Below, one piece after another: positions 23,093 to 33,306 of a stretch of 64,000 nt of DNA. How positions within the stretch are numbered: the stretch's first letter is position 1; each line of letters starts with the position of its first letter. The notes under the pieces were generated by a model. That model did not search any database and had not been told where the DNA came from. It saw nothing but the letters and a program-made list of their open reading frames with translations. A program made the position numbers and the translations under genes. The DNA is from Polymyxa betae A26-41 (Eukaryota > Protista > Endomyxa: Phytomyxea), in assembly GCA_003693705.1 (NCBI GenBank), contig RBZT01000259.1, forward strand, positions 1-64,000, written 5' to 3'.

Positions 23093-23610
23093 AATCACCC
23101 AACGTAAGCGGTCAAGGATCTGTTCGACGATCTTATCTCGTACTCTATTCAGGCCCGGCTAGAATCGAGTTCTTACAATAACAGCCACCAGATGACTTCA
23201 TGCAAGTGTCTTCGTAACCTCACAGTTCTTGACGCCACTGCTACCATTGACCAACAATAACCCCTGCTTGAGATTGTTGCTTTTTCGACCCGAACCATGC
23301 ACCTTGACTCCATAATTAGATCATTGCATTCCAATACAGAAAACATAGAACGGTTTATTTTCTGGGTTTACATAATAGTGGATTAGAACGAACATGAACA
23401 ATGGCTGAGCTTTATACGTAGAAACGAATCAGTCTCAGAAGAGTGAACCAGAACTGTACATTCGGCGACTCCATCAGCGCCTTCAATGTCAATTTAGAGA
23501 GTAGAGGCCGCTCAACGTAAGATATTCGCAGAACAGCCACCCCCTTGACTACCTATAGAGATTGCTGACTCTCACTACTGCAAGAGGGGAGCCTCGTTGT
23601 CATTCTTCAA

Positions 23611-23844
23611 ATGTCTCGAACTCGTACAATTACAAGAGCCAGACAGCAGCAGCAGCAGCCGCAGCAACGACCAGCGTTCTGCCCGAGATGTCAGGGGCAC
23701 AATCTCCCATGCGTGTTACGAACCGTGCGGGAACCAGGGCCGAACGAGGGACGCCAGTTCTGGGTCTGTCCCAAACCTCAACACGAGCAATGTTCAATGT
23801 TTTTCGCTGACGCTGTCTCCCGTGCCGGGAAAAATAATCGTTGA
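23611..23844 (+). CDS. Small GRF zinc-finger protein (77 aa)
   Basis: CQGHNLPCVLRTVREPGPNEGRQFWVCPKPQHEQC matches the zf-GRF consensus and follows a short poly-Q tract. Confidence 0.65.
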   Translation: MSRTRTITRARQQQQQPQQRPAFCPRCQGHNLPCVLRTVREPGPNEGRQFWVCPKPQHEQCSMFFADAVSRAGKNNR

Positions 23845-23908
23845 TCTAATCGATCAAGAGATGTTAACACTAAATTATTATCGTACTAGTTATCGATCTG
23901 ATGCATCA

Positions 23909-26831
23909 ATGGAGTTAGATCCAAGGCAGAAGAACCCCAAAGACTGGGATGTTCTTGATGTTCAAAACTGGCTTCGTAGAACCGGCTATGGGAAATATTG
24001 TGCTCAGTTTCTGCTGGAAGACACCAATGGTGCTGGTCTATTAGACATGACCAAGACCAGCCTGTTGCTGCTTGGTGTATCCGATCCTGGACTGCTACGT
24101 GCTATTCAGCTGCTGAAGAATAAAACTGCATTCCAGCTGCCTGTCTCCGATACCAGAGTTGATGCTCTTATCAAAGAGCTGGAACGAACTACAACATGGT
24201 TACTACGTCGTATCGGACAGCTATACGAGCTTCCTCAACATAAGTATCGTTTCTGGACGAATACTTTACCTGCAACTGATGGGATTACAGGGCTTATGAA
24301 CTTACCAAAGAGATATTGAAATTCAGGCCTTCAGGTTTATAAGACGTGATATAACTGATTTCCTTTGAATTTTTCGCTGGTAGGCTTACCAGAATCAGAA
24401 ACATACGGCCCGGGGCCCAATATGTTTATCGAACGATTTAGTAGAGCAGATTCTGTCGAGCTTTTAAAAGAATCGATGCAGGTTCCGAAGACACCAGAAG
24501 AAGAAAAGCCCGAAATTACATCGCTGGCTGAATTGATGAAGGCTGCTTCTGCGGCTTCCAAACCGAACGGCGGTCCGCTTGCTAAGAAGTCTGAAACTAG
24601 AAGATTTGCTGATCAATCACGGTATTGGACACGTTAAGATTCAATTCATTTTGTTTTATTAATGCTTTTTATAGATTTGATTTAAAAGTGAAAAATATAC
24701 GTCGTAATGATCGAATTATTCTTCCTGTGGAACTTCGGCAAGACGATGAGGAGGACGAAGCTGACGATCAGCCGGCGTCGCGAACGGAACAGTTGAAGAA
24801 GTTACTGATTGACGAGAACCAGGTCCCTCCCAAATACATGTTCTTCCCAACCGACCCAATACGTACTAGATTCGACCTGCTGATGATGTTGGTTTCGTTA
24901 TCATTTAGAATAGCGACGTAAATGCTGACGACTGTATGTACAGGCTATTGGTGGTGTATTTCTCGATCACGACGCCGCTCAACCTCGGTTTTAATATTGG
25001 TCTTGATTCGAATATTTATGTGGAAATGTCCCTTAACTTTCTTTTCTTTGCTGACATCGTCGCGAATTTTTTTACTGCCTACATCATTAGTGAGGGTCCA
25101 AATACTGGAAAGGTTTTATCTGGATTGTTTTGTAAGTTGAATTCAAGCTCATTCTTCGCAGTTGGAAATTCGGTATTCAGCTATAGCACGAAAGTACCTG
25201 AAATTGTGGTTCTGGATCGACATGGTGGCTACCGTTCCCATCGACCTGGTCATCTCCCTCGCTGGTGGGCATCGTACTGGAGCCTCCCTTAACAAACTTA
25301 TTCGGCTGATGCGAGGCTTCAAGCTGATGCGAGTCATGAAAATGTCCCGAATTATCCAACGGCTTATGAAGCGTGTCAGGTAAAGAATTCAGTTTACACA
25401 AGGCACCGAATCACCTTTTGCAGGATCAATCCAGCTTTGTTCCGAATTATGAAAATTATATTCGCTTTGTGTTTTATGTGGCATTGTTTGGGATGTTTCT
25501 ACTGGATGGTGGCAATGTCTGAATCGGAATCGGAATCTCACTGGAGGCCTCCAGAACGGTTTTTGAATGGTGACTTCACAATGCAGTATTTGCGTGTACA
25601 AGCGTTATATTGCTATGAATGTTGAGTAATCTAGAAATTAGGCATTTTTCTGGGCTGTTAATTGCACGATGACGATTGGTACCAATATATTTCCTGAAAA
25701 TAATCTCGAAGTCATTTATACGATATTCTCGATCTGTTGCGGCCTGATTGCGAACGCGCTTGTGATCGGCTCTATTAAGTCAGCCATTGAGGAATTAGAT
25801 CTGGCTTCTAAGGTACATTCTTGATCGCTGGCTCTCTACCGCAACCAAACATTCATACGGATGTGCAGGTCCATCGACAAGATCTCGAAGATTTACAAGC
25901 TAAACTCTCCCTGTATCAAATCCCCACAGGGCTCAAAAAAAAAGTTCTCGGGTGATGTCGCCATTAGAGTAATTTGTCCTGTTCACTGAACTGAAATTGG
26001 GCAGTTATTTCCGATATTTGCAGTCGCGTTATCTCGACTACACAGCGGAAGCGATGTTTAAGGGTCTCCATCCGGCGCTCAGAGAGGACCTTCTTCTCAA
26101 TCTGAACCAGAACCTGATATCGCAGGTAACAGATGCTTTTTCACTTCAAGAATGACTGTTAAAAGTGTGATTATTAGGTGCCAATGTTTCGAGACTTACC
26201 ACGGGCCTGCATGCTGTCAATTATTTCAAAACTTCAAAATCGGGTGTATCTACCTAAAGAGTATATAGTGATGCGCGGCGAAAAGGGTTTGGAGATGTTC
26301 TTCATAGTCAATGGCGCTGTAGAAGCGGAGCAAGGTGGTTCTCCAAAATATTGGTATCATGTCACCAAGCGTTTTGTAGGCGAAAGCTCTCGCCCGATTA
26401 TACTACGAGATGGCGATTATTTCTGTGAAAATAATTTGATGACGACGCAGCGGGTCGACATCAATTATCGAGCTCTAACTTACGCCGAAGTTTGTGTATT
26501 AGATAGGAACTCGCTGAAACGTCTGCTGCAACAGTTCCCAGCTTTTGCATTGACAATGCAGCGGCATATGAAACAAAATATGGCTAAGAAGAAATGGGCC
26601 AAAGTCGAACATGTGTTCCGTTTGACACATCTCATCCATAAGATGGGCGGCGATTCTGACTTTTCAGAAGCGTTCGCGTCATACAATCAAGGAACGCTGC
26701 CTGGTGTTAACGATGTTGAGGTTGCTAAAGAACTACTTGGCGAAGATCTGGAGCCAATCGCGCCATCAAAAGAAAAGACCTTCTCGTTCTCTTTCAGTAC
26801 AAATCGAAACAATAAGGATGAACCTGAATAA
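23909..26831 (+). CDS. SAM-domain + 6TM voltage-sensor ion channel + cyclic-nucleotide-binding domain (CNG/HCN/KCNH superfamily)
   Basis: N-terminal SAM (KDWDVLDVQNWL...GAGLLDMT...LGV), IARKYLKLWFWIDMVATVP, S4 LIRLMRGFKLMRVMKMSR, pore FWAVNCTMTIGTNIFP, C-linker, CNBD VYLPKEYIVMRGEKGLEMFFIVNG. Confidence 0.88.
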
Positions 26832-28187
26832 TTATATTAATATGGTGATTAAGTCACTCTGTATTGGTTCAGAAGCAGTTCGCCTGCGCTTTGCCAACAT
26901 TTCGTCATCTAGGGTGTCATGATTGAGTTCGGCATTGGTGGCATTCAAAAATTTGACATTTCCTCCGAAAACGAATGACTTGTTATCGATGAACTTGGGC
27001 ATTGATCCATCCGGCAACAACCCAATCGGAATGCGCCTGCCGTGAGTAAACGCAGGCGTCCACCGATTCCTTACCGAGTCGTCATTTTCCACTTCATTTA
27101 CGAATTTCTCGATCCGATTCAGGTCTCCCAAACGACTTCCAAATCCAGGTTCGAGAAACGCAGACAACAACGATGATCCTTGCATGGCTTGATCGCCGAC
27201 CGAATACAACGCTCTCGAGGATGACATATTGGAACAGTATTCTTCAAAAGCACCGATTGTCAATGAACTTCTGGTCCGTAGGCACAAATCGATAACAGAC
27301 GATTGTGGAAGAGAGCAACGAGGAAGGCAGTAGGATAGCCATCGGCCAGCCAGAACTTGACGCCATTTACAGTCATTACGAGAGGTCTGAAACAGGCGCA
27401 GAACTATTGCCGACATAAGTTCAGGAAGGCGAGCTGCTAGATACGATAGAATATCGCTCCAGAGACTGGATAGCAAACCGAATGCAGAGTTAATATTGGC
27501 GACGGTCGGCTCGATACCAGATCGTGGTTGTCGTAGCAGGATATCGTTACCGGAAAACATATCGACGATGTCACTAATCCGGCATTGCTTGAAAATTAAT
27601 TCGAGAACCGATTCGAGCTTGCGATCGAATTCGTCTTGTTCGAGCTTTCGCCAGGATTTAGCTGCAGTCTGCAGGGCGGTGAATAAGTCGACAAAAGGTC
27701 GCGGTGCGGATTGCAGGTGTGATCGATATTGTTGCCAGTAGTGGTCATGGAGCCAATTTAGAGCACGTTGTCGGGTATCGAGTAATAGCTGTAATGAAGG
27801 CAGTTCGTTGTGTGTGGCGGCGTGACGGATCTCGACGAACGACAGTGGCATCTGCAGCGTGCGAGCGATTTCTCGAATCGACTTCGCATAAATCGAGTTT
27901 TGTTCACGATCGGCGATACCGTTTACTAAACGGACAATGATCATGGCGATCGCCAAACGAACTTCCGCCTTCGAAAGACGGTCGGCATCCACAATAGTTT
28001 CTAACAAAGCCGCTGTGATATCAACGGAAATCGGTAATGGACAACGTAATTGCCATGAACGGATAGTATCAATGGCAAATTTTGGCGAGCCGTGATAGGC
28101 GCTGAAATAAACGCGATCCCATTCGTCAAAGGATATCCATGGGACCAAGCGATGGCGCTGTATTGAACCAGGTAATGTCCACTCCAT
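26832..28187 (-). CDS. LAS1: Las1-like pre-rRNA HEPN endoribonuclease
   Basis: VPWISFDEWDRV, AMIIVRLVNGIAD, and the HEPN motif in IRHAATHNELPSL. Intronless. Confidence 0.9.
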   Translation of the reverse strand: MEWTLPGSIQRHRLVPWISFDEWDRVYFSAYHGSPKFAIDTIRSWQLRCPLPISVDITAALLETIVDADRLSKAEVRLAIAMIIVRLVNGIADREQNSIYAKSIREIARTLQMPLSFVEIRHAATHNELPSLQLLLDTRQRALNWLHDHYWQQYRSHLQSAPRPFVDLFTALQTAAKSWRKLEQDEFDRKLESVLELIFKQCRISDIVDMFSGNDILLRQPRSGIEPTVANINSAFGLLSSLWSDILSYLAARLPELMSAIVLRLFQTSRNDCKWRQVLAGRWLSYCLPRCSLPQSSVIDLCLRTRSSLTIGAFEEYCSNMSSSRALYSVGDQAMQGSSLLSAFLEPGFGSRLGDLNRIEKFVNEVENDDSVRNRWTPAFTHGRRIPIGLLPDGSMPKFIDNKSFVFGGNVKFLNATNAELNHDTLDDEMLAKRRRTASEPIQSDLITILI

Positions 28188-28453
28188 CACAGATCTAAAA
28201 CTGCATGCTTTGGTTAGGTCAAGGACTCCGTCGCGGCATTCTAACAAATTCCAATTCTGGAGTTTTCAGGCTAAGCTTCCCATCTCCTCAATACCATTAT
28301 CCAGGAAATATTGATATTGGTTTGATTCAACTTCGCTTGTTTGAACTTTGCTAAATCGGATCATGAAGGTGATCCGGTTTTCTACTTTCTACAAGAAGGG
28401 ATTCACGAAATGATGTTCTCAAAGGTTTATTCGAAAGAGACTTCAGCCGTCGC

Positions 28454-28837
28454 TTAGTGATGGCCATGATCGAATGGAGTTTCGAAGTCGCCATGGTGTC
28501 CGTCGTGGCCTTCGTGATGGCCTTCATGGTGATGCCATCCATCGTGCTCATCTTCACCATCATAAGTCTCGTGGAACAGGTTCTCGTGCTGTCCGAGACC
28601 GACATCGTTGTGGTGCCAGTCACCAAATTCGGTTTCGGCGTGCTGCTCTGATAGAGCATGGCCGGTGTGGATCTTGTCGTGGTGAAGGCGGGCCAGATCG
28701 GCGATACCGCCGTGGGCGCCAACTAGCTTGTTGTCAACGTGACCATCTCCATTTTCAACGTTGATAGCTGCGTCACCAGCTAGGGCTTGGTAGGAGGACA
28801 GGGCGACGGCAGCAAGGACGAAGAATTTTGACATCAT
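28454..28837 (-). CDS. Secreted His-rich protein F (GDGHVD family), intronless
   Basis: MMSKFFVLAAVALSSYQALAGDAAINVENGDGHVDNK...HHHEGHHEGHDGHH. Confidence 0.85.
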   Translation of the reverse strand: MMSKFFVLAAVALSSYQALAGDAAINVENGDGHVDNKLVGAHGGIADLARLHHDKIHTGHALSEQHAETEFGDWHHNDVGLGQHENLFHETYDGEDEHDGWHHHEGHHEGHDGHHGDFETPFDHGHH

Positions 28838-28983
28838 TGTCTTTGATAGAATTCAGTAAACCTTTGGTAATAAAAGCAGGGGATTCTGAGTTGCTAATTT
28901 AGCTTTCAATATAAGAATGACAAGGACCTACAGCCAGCTACGTTTAATATTCGTGATGAACCGATGGCCTGTGCCCTCGCGGT

Positions 28984-29003
28984 TGATTCACGCTCATGAC
29001 TCA
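28984..29003. promoter_or_regulatory. TGATTCA + TGACTCA elements upstream of His-rich gene F
   Basis: TGACTCA at 28997-29003 and the variant TGATTCA at 28984-90, about 150-165 bp upstream of the ATG. Confidence 0.45.
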
Positions 29004-29068
29004 AACGTCGTTCTCCAACACAATGATTCATCATCATTTGACTAGTTTCAAGATGCAAATCCGGAAGT

Positions 29069-29810
29069 TTATCCTTGATGTCGTTTAACAACGATGATAG
29101 CTACTGTGGCTTGGGTCCCTGTTAGATGTTCTTTTAGCCAGATCACACATTGGCTTTCCTCGTCGTATGGGCAGGTGGCTGCCTCAATTAAGTTTCCAGA
29201 ATCGAAGAGATAACTGTTGACATGCTTATTGCGATAACGCGTTCTAACATATAACATGAGTATTATGGATATTGCCATTAGAGGTATTAAACTATGATAT
29301 GGGCTTGTCCTGTTTGGCTGTGACAAGTCGGTCTCATTGTTATTAACGTCTGGCTCGCGAACGATTCGCACAAGATGATAGCTAACGTCTGAAAAGAAAT
29401 CAAAACAATATATGTTGATTTGCTGCGAAATTCTTACATTGATTGAGTGCAATTCTCTGTGAGCTGCTCCAAACTGAATCTGATTTGTAACAGTAACAAG
29501 TATTTGTTGGAATCGCTATTAGTCTTATATCAAACAGTTCTGGATGTTGTGTCTCGATCCGAATTGATACAGAATCGTTTGTTCTGTAAGATAGTTCTTG
29601 TTGGCCATTCAGCAGAACATAAATACAGCAATAGGCTGACGCAGATGGGGTCCAAGTTCGCTCCAGCCCTCATCCGTAGTTAGTAACCAATCCATGCAGT
29701 ACTGAATCACTACTACTGGCGAAAATGGTATAGATTCGGTCATGAAGCGGTTCCAGCAATAAAGCTGTCGTCAATGCCATGGACCAGGTTATGATAAAGA
29801 CAGTGAACAT
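29069..29810 (-). pseudogene. Possible degenerate secreted/TM protein gene
   Basis: Signal-like MFTVFIITWSMALTTA, TM-like LIPLMAISIILMLYV, then a partial Cys motif (QCVIW). No clean spliced model could be built. Confidence 0.3.
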
Positions 29811-29915
29811 GCTAGAAGAGGGATATAATGGAAACCCTAGCGCTGTCATGTCTTTCATTTAACAATGTGACTTGCCTATAGTTGCCTATACTGAACTTTA
29901 TTGTGGCAATTGTGT

Positions 29916-30017
29916 CCACATTCAAGTGGCAATCCGGCTATGGAGAGTGCCCCACAGTCAAGTGACAATCCGACTGTAGAGATTGCCCCACATTCAAGTG
30001 TGAATCTGACTCTGAAG
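29916..30017 (+). repeat. Imperfect 36-bp tandem repeat x3
   Basis: ccacattcaagtggcaatccggctatggagagtgcc / ccacagtcaagtgacaatccgactgtagagattgcc / ccacattcaagtgtgaatctgactctgaag. Confidence 0.7.
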
Positions 30018-31262
30018 TTCTTTGTATAGAACCCTTACAACGGTGCCATTTAGAACATTAAATGGAAGCTGGGGCTGAACCTCATGCTGTCAATGTAAGT
30101 GAGTCTTTCTTGCTACCAACAATGTTAGTCGGCAAACAACAGGTTCTAGCCTACTAGGCGTTCGCCGTATGCATGCTTGCAAGCCGGCCTATACAGATTG
30201 TTATTAGCTTATTTGTTAACTTCACGGAAATGTGCCTGTTCATTTGGCATTATATTCTAACGGTCATGGTCCATGGATTCTCATTTTCGTTCGTGATTCT
30301 TGAAGCTGAAATTAATCGCATCGTTGTTGCACTAGATACGGAAGAAAATCTTGAACCGCTCTTACGGAAGGAACTACAAAGAGGGATTCAACCCACATCA
30401 ACCCGCATATGAAAGGTTTCTCGATTTTATTGACTTCTTACATTATCTAGTAAAGCGATAAAACCATCCAGCGAATGTCAGGGGATCCAATCTGCTTAAA
30501 CAGTTAAAAGGCTCCAAACTCGACGCTCTGGGTCAATTATTTTCTTCTTTCCTGATTTAATTAAATAGGATCTTCTCTAATTCCACTGGTAAAAAACTAC
30601 ATGGACAGCCACATAAACACTGGCAATAGGACGATGCCTTGGCTCCCGCCCAACCGATTTCTGGCTTTGGCTGCATTCAAACATTCGGTTCGCCAGAGCC
30701 GAAGTAATTCAAAGAGGGCGCTCAGTAATGCATTGAGTCGAGTTTCCAGTTCCGAGTGGCTTAGATGATTTGCTGAATTACGCAGCAAGCATTCTGAAAT
30801 CAAGATTTACTGGATCCATTCTACATAAGGTCTATTCCACCACTACAGAACGTGATTGCACAATGCTCGTTAAATCGCCAGCAATGGTGCCGGCAGAAAT
30901 CCCGGCTCTTTTAAAGCCTGATTTATTTACGTGAAAGGTTCCTGATTCAATTCTCAGTGAATTCAACTCATGTCCAGTTCTCTACTTCAAACGTTTAATT
31001 TATTACCGATTGTGGTTATCCGTCACCAGACAAAAGGATACTCATTCGAGGTGCTACGTTTTGGTATCTGCACTTTTGCCAGTCCAATTTCTGTTTCTAT
31101 TGCGCAGTGGTTTTGTATGTTTTTCAGAAGTGCGTGAAGTGCGTTGACTTTTTTGACTGAAGGAGAGGGGGGGGGAGGCATCAATGTCCTGACATTACTA
31201 CATCGTGATGAAATGAGAAAGACGTTTCCCTCTTGTAGTATCACAATCAAATCTGCTTTCTT

Positions 31263-32980
31263 ATGTCAAGATCGTGCTGGACGGCACAATGCCTTCATGC
31301 GATTATCGACAAAGTCGCTCCCGAATTCCAAAGCCAGGGTTGCTTATCGCTCGCTGACGACATTGCCATTTTTAAGTTGGCATCGCAGGATTGTCGGAGC
31401 TCTGCGATCAGCTGCGGCGAACGAATGAACATAACGACTTGGCGCTGGCCAGATCGTTAGAACAGCGGGCGTTCACTGAATTACATACTGGCCCATGGGA
31501 TGAGATCTGGTCCCGATGGAGGACTCTGTATACAATGTCATTACTGGTACAAATTCGCCAGAATTCAGAATCTCTGGGCGTCCTGCAAATGATTGATCGA
31601 GCATTAATTTTTGGTGATGGTTTGTGTCGTCAACAGTTAACATCATATGCAGGTATTCAGACATTTCTACCTTCATTCAGATTTTGCTAAATGCTTTTAT
31701 GTTTTCCTCTCTTCAATACTTTCATTAGACATTTTGCTTAGTCTGTATTTTCTTTGTCCGATGGTATGCTCAATGAATTGCCACTTCAGCGAAAATATCG
31801 TCCGATCTGGCTAATCAATTTGGCGATGAGCAGATTAACGTCGATGACCGGATCGTTCGGGATGCTTCTTATATCGGCGTGGATTGTTCATTCGCAATAC
31901 CGGTCATGCGATCTCGAGGTTGCGATCCGTTTCGTTTCCATCGGCAATTTGTAAGAAGCTTTCCAGCAGCTCACTTCCTACAGCTGGATTTATGTTTAGG
32001 TATCTTGTGGGATTCCAATCATTTTGGAGGGAATGATCGATTCATGGCCCAGTCTAAATGAGCGCTCGTTTAAGAACATGACCTATCTGAAAAAGAAAAT
32101 GGTTCTACGAATTACTTATTTGTTCGGTGTGTTGGCGATTGATTCGTTTGAAGGGATTTAGAACTGTTCTCATCGAATCCGGTAGCGATTACCAAAACGA
32201 TCCGGATTGGCGCCCGATACAAATGACCATCAGTGAATTTATCGATATCTGCATATTGGCAAACCATCGAACAGTACGGCGAGTGGACCGGTTTGTCTGG
32301 GCTTGCAACTGATTCTTTGGCTCGCAGGGGCCAGTACTATACTTGGCGCAAAATGACCTTTTCGACCAAGTTCCAGAATTGGCTGCCGATGTGTCTGTTC
32401 CCGATTACGTTGATTTCGGTCTGTTCGCGTTTCTTTGTGAAATTTGATTCTAAACTTGTCTCAGATCCGACTTCGTTTGTCGATGAAGAGTTTGATTCTG
32501 AGAACGTATTCGCTGAGCCGCAGGTGAGAAAGACGGTCTGGTTTGGGCCAGCGGGAACGCTCTCACCTCTCCATACTGACCCAGAGAATAATCTCCTTTG
32601 TCAAGTACGGGAATGGCTTGCCAGCCCTGCTATTGGTTTGTTCATCGATTGTTAGGTATTTGGACACAAATATGTTCGTTTATATGAAGATTCGGTCGAA
32701 TTCCGTCGTCAGAAAGTCAGCTCTTTGTTGATTGTTGAATTTGCTTGTGATTAAGGCTTGATTTAGGAAACCGGGGATGTCAGCAAATTCAACTTTTTCG
32801 AGGGAATTTTGCATCCAGGAGATACATTGTTCATTCCAAAAGGGTATTCCTGCAAATTTGTTCCATCTTTTTTATAACTGAATCGTTGTGGCAAATAGAA
32901 TGTGGCATCATTTGGAATCTCTGAGTGTAAGCTTCTCTGTGAATTTCTGGTGGTGGGATGCCCATAACAAGCCGATTTGA
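31263..32980 (+). CDS. KDM8: JMJD5/KDM8-like JmjC (cupin_8) 2OG oxygenase
   Basis: ELHTGPWDEI, RTVLIESGSDY, YLAQNDLFDQVPEL, WFGPAGTLSPLHTDP (HxD), and FIPK..WHHLESLSVSFSVNFWW. Confidence 0.85.
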
Positions 32981-33306
32981 ACGATGAAATGGAATTACAT
33001 GCCAATTTGTCCCGATTGTCAACAGCCTGGAATTTGCGAACCTATCGTACGCAGTTCGAGGCTGGGTACTGTACGACCCGCTTCTTTAGTTGCAGGTTGA
33101 ATCTTCTCTTTCCACGGTTCATCCTGCTGGTTGAAAGCGGTACAATAAACTCGCTTGATTACCTGATAGAATTTGTGGCCTTTCCGTGGCCCCTGTTTCA
33201 ACTCAAAACTGGCGAACAACCTTTTTTCTTTGACTAATAAAAGTTTCTTCAATCAAATGGTTAATGCTGATGTGATTTTGAGTTTGTGTGCGCAGCAGGA
33301 CGTCGG

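Noticed and set aside
29916-30017. 36-bp repeats as a possible CRISPR array
   Set aside because: The units are contiguous without spacers, there are no cas genes, and the context is eukaryotic.
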